DNA of 64,000 nt from a virus (lineage: Duplodnaviria > Caudoviricetes): positions 22,941 to 86,940 of IMG/VR virus record IMGVR_UViG_3300031994_000057. One strand, 5' to 3'. Numbering within the stretch: the stretch's first letter is position 1; each line of letters begins with the position of its first letter. The translations under genes were made by a program, and so were the position numbers. Positions 58,445 to 64,000 of this stretch are shown piece after piece. The notes below the pieces were generated by a model. That model saw only the letters and a list, made by a program, of their open reading frames with translations. It was not told the DNA's origin and did not search any database.

Positions 58445-59626
58445 TTAACCTTCAATTTGGTCTAATTTATCGTAATCAACATAATAACCTATATTCTTAC
58501 GCATAGATAATTTCTTCTTAGCTAATTCCTGACGAAGATCTCTGTATTCCATATCAACTGCAGTCCACTTAGCTTTCTCTACTTCAGAAAGGTTTTCTGT
58601 TGCTAAATAATCTTCGATAATACCAATTCTAGTATTAATCTGTCTAATAATAAATAAAGCTTCTTCCTGCTCTACACAGTTTTTAGCCTGAAGTTTAAAC
58701 TCATATAAATCTGCTTCTATAGATTTTAATCCCTGAGCTTTAAGTGATCTAAATAATGATAATTCCTGGAGATAATTATCTTCTAATCTAGCAGATTCTG
58801 TCAATACTTCATCAAATGCTCTCTGAAGAGACTTCAAAGTATCAGTAATAAGTCTTTTTTCTAATACAGAACCAGTGGTCATTAAAGCATCAGTAAGTGT
58901 TGTTCTGGCATACTTAATATTAAGCTTGATGTCTTCATAAACCATAAGAGCCCACTGTAAGACGCCCAAATTAGGGGCTGTTTCGTTACCATCATTTTCG
59001 TAGACGTTCAAATTAAGATTTTCTATACAACTATACAGGGTATCCTTAATTTCGAGCTGATTTGGTACTTCTAGCATACCAATAGCCTCTCTATCTTTAT
59101 ATAATAAAGATGCTACATTAGTTAATACGCTCTTAAAAGCGAAGGTTAATATATCTGTATAATTAATAGAATTTCTAAGATGAATATCTCCATCTTTCAA
59201 TGCAATTAATTCTGCTAAATAATCTTTAACTGTCTCTACAGCAGATTTATCCATTATAGAGTATACTTCTTCTATAATGTATGCAGCTATCTGTTCTCCA
59301 GTTAAAGCATATATCAATTTAGAATCCAATTCCATATTATATACATTAATGTATCTATTCTCATTAACGTCTAATAAGAATTTAATCATTAATTCAGCAG
59401 GAATAATAGGATTAACCTTAACACCAAATAACACATGATCAGTATTATTAGTAAATATAACTCCAGAGCAAGTAATACCAGGAGTACACTTATTAATTAC
59501 GTCTTTTAATGCTGTTAAATCCTCTTCAGGTACATTAAAATCTTTATCAAAATTTTCTTTTATCTTAATACATAAAGGAATTAATTCATTCTCATAAATG
59601 TACTTGATATCATCTATTAGTATCAT
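58445..59626 (-). CDS. conserved jumbo-phage protein, probably head-associated
   Basis: AAAGGAG RBS; late-type promoter upstream. Confidence 0.6.
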   Translation of the reverse strand: MILIDDIKYIYENELIPLCIKIKENFDKDFNVPEEDLTALKDVINKCTPGITCSGVIFTNNTDHVLFGVKVNPIIPAELMIKFLLDVNENRYINVYNMELDSKLIYALTGEQIAAYIIEEVYSIMDKSAVETVKDYLAELIALKDGDIHLRNSINYTDILTFAFKSVLTNVASLLYKDREAIGMLEVPNQLEIKDTLYSCIENLNLNVYENDGNETAPNLGVLQWALMVYEDIKLNIKYARTTLTDALMTTGSVLEKRLITDTLKSLQRAFDEVLTESARLEDNYLQELSLFRSLKAQGLKSIEADLYEFKLQAKNCVEQEEALFIIRQINTRIGIIEDYLATENLSEVEKAKWTAVDMEYRDLRQELAKKKLSMRKNIGYYVDYDKLDQIEG

Positions 59627-59702
59627 ACGACATTCTCCTTTACTATATGATATAAAGCCATATTATATAAATGTAAACTGTGTTTTTTAGGATATAAAAA
59701 TA

Positions 59703-59732
59703 AAGTCTAGGAGTAATTATACTCCTAGACTT
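59703..59732 (-). terminator. intrinsic terminator
   Basis: AAGTCTAGGAGTA/TACTCCTAGACTT. Confidence 0.75.
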
Positions 59733-59766
59733 ATTATAAAATATAAAAAAATAATAATATGTGTTA

Positions 59767-62535
59767 CTATACATCTTGTCTGCCATAAAATTGAATCTCT
59801 TTTGCAGCACCAAGTGCTGAGGTAGCTCCTCTATAATTAGATGTAATATATATTCTGTAATATTCATACGCAGTCATATTATTAGCTATAAATGTAAACC
59901 ATATATTGCTATTTACACCATTAGGAATTATATCTGATAATATCTGTGTATAAGTTGTTCCGTCATTACTGCCCTCAATAATAAAGTTTCCAATGTCTGT
60001 TTTACTATTGTTGTAATTAGGCATGATTTTAAATATCTTAATTTTTTTAGCACTTGAAAATTTATAACCGATAATACTCGGAAATGCTCCTGTTCCTGAA
60101 CCTGACCACATTGTATTCGGATTATTATCAAATGCCATATATGCTTTACTAGATGTATCAAACTCATGATTTGCAAAACATTCTCCACTTGGTGTAGTAT
60201 TAGATGTCATTGTAGGCACTTCTGTATTTAATACTTCAGCATAATAAGTACTATTCGCAATAGCATTAAGCCATGTTTCATTACTTAATAATGCATCAGC
60301 AGCATAATTATCAGCTCCTATTAATTGCATAGCAGTTTCATTAACACATATTTCATTAGCAAATGCAACACAAGTTGCTAAATAATCCATACCACTATGA
60401 CTAGCAATTAATACAGGTAATAAATCACTATCTGCTAATACTTGTGATACTGTTGTATAATTCTTATTAGTTATACCTGCTGCAAGTAACCAAGATTGTA
60501 CACCACCTTTTTCTCTACCATAGAACTGAAGTTCTGAAACCAGAATCATATCGTTATCGCCTATACGAGTACCACTTGTAAATAATAACCTATTATATAA
60601 ATAATTATCTCCATTATCATCAACTACAAAACTAGTATATTGTACGGGAATTGGAGAAGTAGTACCCGATATTGTAACATCGAAATTCTTTTTATCTATC
60701 CAATCAGTCCCATTATTAGATACCTGGTACTTTATACTCATTGTACGGGCAGGTGACTTAAAAGTTCCGTACCAAAAATCTACCCTTCTAATATTACATA
60801 CATTATCAAACTTATAATATATGTAATTGTTTGAAGAACTATCTCCTGTCCACCATTTTCCATCAGAAGTATTTCCATTAAAAGCGTAATATGGATCATA
60901 TCCACTTCTTGATACATTTGCACCTGCTTCTCCACTCGGAGTAGTCGCACTCGTCATAGTAGGTACTTTAACATTAAGCACACTCTCAAAGTATGTACTA
61001 TTACTTATAGCTTTACACCAGTCTTTATCGGATAATAAAAGATTAGATGCATAATCATTAGCACCAATGTATTTCATAGCATTTTCATTAGCTGCAAATT
61101 CAGTAGCCCAACCAGGAACTGTAGTAAGATAATATACAGCATCATGATTATTTAATAATGCTCTTAATGTTTCTGTATCATTAAATACTTCTGATAAAGA
61201 TGTATATGTTTTATTAGTAATACCTGCTGATAATAACCAAGATTGTACACCACCATCTTTTCTGCCATAGAACTGAATTGCACGACTAGATTCACCATAT
61301 AATCTAGGATATAAGTCTGACCATGTATTAGTATTTATCATTGTAAGGCTTAATTTCACATATCTTGCTTGCATAGGTGATGTAATAATATTTGTGAGTG
61401 TTCCGCCTGTGCATGTTCCTGCTGTTGTATATGTAATATCATCTTCTGATACTTCAAGTGTTGCAGATGTGTACTGTCCAGTGTGTGCGTTTTGATTTGC
61501 AAGTTCAGCAAATACAAAATTGAATGAATAACCAAAATCATATTTTATCCAACCAGTAGCAGACTGTCCCTGGTTAATTGGATGGTTTGAAACCCAAGTA
61601 TCATTAACTGTATTTGAAAATGCTTTATATGGTTCGTTTCCGCTTCTAAATGAATCAGCACTTACTACACCAGAGGGTGTTGTATTGCTTGTCATTGTTG
61701 GAACTTTAACATTAAGCACACTCTCAAAGTAAGTTGAATTACATATAGCATTAAGCCAAGTGCTATCTGCTAACAATGTATTACTTGCATAGTTATTAGC
61801 ACCGATGTAGGACATTGCAGATTGATTATCTGTTACACCCTCTGATATTGAATAAAATTGCAACAAATAACCACTTCCTACAAATGGTTGTGGTGCTTCA
61901 CTACCTGATAACAATGTCATTCTGTAATACAAATATTCATTGTCATTTGTAAAGGATATATCTGTATATGCGTTATTGCTATTTAATAAAACATTTGTAG
62001 CAAAAGTTGTCCAATTTGTACCATCGTTTGATGCAGATATTTCCACTTTCTGTGTATAACTTGTGCCACTATCATTTTTGTATAATGCTTTTAAATTTGT
62101 AGCAAGAGTAGGAGCATCAAATTTATACTGAATCCATGCAGGATATGAAGATTCACTAGGCATCCATCCATTTGCACTTTCTCCCGCAAATCCTTTCCAA
62201 GCCTGTCTTGTTGTAGATGCTTCTGATGATGCACTTGCAATACCACTCGGTGTTGTATTACTTGTCATTACAGGTACTAATGCTTCTTGTTTAATCCATT
62301 CTTTGCATCTTACTAAATAATCCATTGCATTTTCAGAATTAATTAGTACTCTTAATAAAGAAGTATCTGCTAAAACTTCTGATAATGTAGTATAACTAGT
62401 TGTTGGTATTCCAGCACATTTTAACCAAATAGGTATATCATTTATAGGAGTAACTGTTTTTCCATCGGGAACAACAGGTCCAGGAGGTATTATTCCTCCA
62501 CCTCCTCGTACACCAGCTTTATATCCTCTAGACAT
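59767..62535 (-). CDS. tail/adhesin protein with four discoidin (F5/8 type C)-like repeats
   Basis: VP(T/V)MTS.TTPSG...QFY(G/S) four times, separated by helical GGVQSWLL.AGITNK.Y spacers. Confidence 0.75.
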   Translation of the reverse strand: MSRGYKAGVRGGGGIIPPGPVVPDGKTVTPINDIPIWLKCAGIPTTSYTTLSEVLADTSLLRVLINSENAMDYLVRCKEWIKQEALVPVMTSNTTPSGIASASSEASTTRQAWKGFAGESANGWMPSESSYPAWIQYKFDAPTLATNLKALYKNDSGTSYTQKVEISASNDGTNWTTFATNVLLNSNNAYTDISFTNDNEYLYYRMTLLSGSEAPQPFVGSGYLLQFYSISEGVTDNQSAMSYIGANNYASNTLLADSTWLNAICNSTYFESVLNVKVPTMTSNTTPSGVVSADSFRSGNEPYKAFSNTVNDTWVSNHPINQGQSATGWIKYDFGYSFNFVFAELANQNAHTGQYTSATLEVSEDDITYTTAGTCTGGTLTNIITSPMQARYVKLSLTMINTNTWSDLYPRLYGESSRAIQFYGRKDGGVQSWLLSAGITNKTYTSLSEVFNDTETLRALLNNHDAVYYLTTVPGWATEFAANENAMKYIGANDYASNLLLSDKDWCKAISNSTYFESVLNVKVPTMTSATTPSGEAGANVSRSGYDPYYAFNGNTSDGKWWTGDSSSNNYIYYKFDNVCNIRRVDFWYGTFKSPARTMSIKYQVSNNGTDWIDKKNFDVTISGTTSPIPVQYTSFVVDDNGDNYLYNRLLFTSGTRIGDNDMILVSELQFYGREKGGVQSWLLAAGITNKNYTTVSQVLADSDLLPVLIASHSGMDYLATCVAFANEICVNETAMQLIGADNYAADALLSNETWLNAIANSTYYAEVLNTEVPTMTSNTTPSGECFANHEFDTSSKAYMAFDNNPNTMWSGSGTGAFPSIIGYKFSSAKKIKIFKIMPNYNNSKTDIGNFIIEGSNDGTTYTQILSDIIPNGVNSNIWFTFIANNMTAYEYYRIYITSNYRGATSALGAAKEIQFYGRQDV

Positions 62536-62914
62536 AATTAAACCTCCTTAATTATTTTTGTTTAAATTATGTTTTAAATTGTCTGTAAAAAATATACATT
62601 GAGTACGTTCTGGAAATTGTGTTTCTTTTATTCTAGTCTTAATAATATTAACCTTATTAATTTCTTTTTGTATAATATTATTAATTCTATTATTTGAATT
62701 AATTTCCATAATGGTACTTTCCTTATATAAATATTAATTAACGTTACATCCGACTATAACGGAATATTTGACACCTTCTATGGGAATTACTCAAACATGT
62801 TTGACTTTCACAAGCTTTTAATGCCCTATAGGCTCTGTATAATATTATCCATTGATAAAATCAATATTATATAAGTGTTGAAAATGGGACAGTATAGTAC
62901 TGTCCCATTTTTAT

Positions 62915-64000
62915 TTATGTATTAGGTGCATATGTATAATTTGAATAAGTATATCCATACGAATAATGATCTTGATATACGTTATAATAATATTGATAAT
63001 ACATATATAACAGCCAATTATATGAATAAAAAGTACCCTTGGAGTAATCATCAACTTGCTTACTTCCGTATGTATTATAAGTATAAGATGTATACCAATA
63101 TCTTGTAGCAGTACCCTTGCCACCACGAGCAGCATAATCAGTGTATGCTATGACACCACCTATATAATGGTCAACCCTAACGTAATATGTATATATATAT
63201 TCATATGTAGCACTATGTTGTTCATATGTAGTATTTGTACCACTAACATAATATTCAGTATGACTACCAGATTTATAATAATAATATCCAGATACATAAT
63301 TATAGCTTTTATGCTCATAGTATGGATAAGTTAGATTATATGCATAATCCCATTTTTCAGGTATAAAGTACAAATAACTATATCTATCTTCTCTATATCC
63401 ATCAGGAACTATATTGGTATAATAAAATGCACCATAATCATGTAATAATCGTTTAGCATCTTCATTATCTTTAATTTTAATCTTAAAATCAGAAACAAAA
63501 TCATCCGCTTCATGATTTATATTAAAATTACTAATAGATAATTTATCTGGAGTTCTATAATTATAATTTACAATATTATATGCATATTCAGTCTTCGGCT
63601 CATATACTGCATAAGAACGATATCCATATACATTTTGGTGTGAATAATAGTAATATGCAATAGCACCACCACTATATATAGGAATAATTTGATTATACGA
63701 ATATAATATATACGGAATTGATTCATAACCGGATATATAATTATAAACTGCAGTAGTGTAACTATATGTATACGTTACTTCATGGGGTGTTCCTACTTGT
63801 ATCTTAAATCTAGGAGCTTCTTTATCTGATTCATTATATAAAGGAATCTCCTCTGTTCTTACTTCATTAACTTTAATTTTAAGTGTACCAATCCTATTAG
63901 TATGAAGTATGATACTATATGCCTGGGATATTTCATATCCTCTATATAAACTACCAACACTATCATCAGTATTATAATAAACTACTATACGATAATGATA
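62915..64000 (-). CDS. Tyr-rich protein, 5' end outside the window
   Basis: The frame of the 152-aa track ORF stays open to position 64000 (362 codons); ~44 of the last 152 residues are Tyr. Confidence 0.7.
   Translation of the reverse strand, partial: YHYRIVVYYNTDDSVGSLYRGYEISQAYSIILHTNRIGTLKIKVNEVRTEEIPLYNESDKEAPRFKIQVGTPHEVTYTYSYTTAVYNYISGYESIPYILYSYNQIIPIYSGGAIAYYYYSHQNVYGYRSYAVYEPKTEYAYNIVNYNYRTPDKLSISNFNINHEADDFVSDFKIKIKDNEDAKRLLHDYGAFYYTNIVPDGYREDRYSYLYFIPEKWDYAYNLTYPYYEHKSYNYVSGYYYYKSGSHTEYYVSGTNTTYEQHSATYEYIYTYYVRVDHYIGGVIAYTDYAARGGKGTATRYWYTSYTYNTYGSKQVDDYSKGTFYSYNWLLYMYYQYYYNVYQDHYSYGYTYSNYTYAPNT

Noticed and set aside
59643-59867. 74-aa minus-strand ORF
   Set aside because: Crosses a terminator and promoter region; no RBS
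62540-62880. 47-codon ORF and a possible mobile-element scar in the intergenic gap
   Set aside because: Weak RBS, low-complexity product, no recognisable ends or motif
1-64000. tRNA, tmRNA, rRNA and reverse transcriptase genes
   Set aside because: No cloverleaf or T-loop signatures and no RT motif recognised by eye; a tRNAscan/Infernal run is needed to exclude divergent copies

Overview
AT-rich, densely coding segment of a jumbo dsDNA bacteriophage of the AR9/PBS1-phiKZ type. The host is probably a Firmicute (strong AGGAGG RBSs, Dp-1-type holin, SH3b domain). Recognisable genes: large terminase split by an ORF-less group I intron (6937-7364); a GroEL-like chaperonin; two genes after it, a ~500-aa gene (probable sigma-like subunit of the non-virion RNA polymerase) split by a second group I intron carrying a NUMOD4-HNH homing endonuclease (17469-18350); an RNA polymerase beta-prime fragment with the DYDGD motif; primase; RusA-like resolvase; GT2 glycosyltransferase; nicotinamidase; a large cluster of modular tail-fibre/adhesin genes (33.7-51.2 kb and 59.8-64 kb); and leftward operons of small accessory genes. 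Two promoter motifs recur: an early-type TCAATWATATATWATA and a late-type NAC(A/T)-N6-TA. The most unusual element, missed by the ORF track, is a set of six ~300-bp cassettes (two at 5.1-5.8 kb, four at 26.1-27.6 kb). Each has an early-type promoter, a 45-57-aa ORF bracketed by covarying terminal inverted repeats whose pairing can extend over the RBS region, and a convergent late-type promoter positioned to fire an antisense RNA from the other end. This suggests a repeated early-mRNA / late-antisense switch. There is also a ~180-nt late-promoter-driven structured RNA candidate (3730-3910) and poly-G tracts in receptor-binding genes. All function calls come from motif recognition only; no searches or folding were run.
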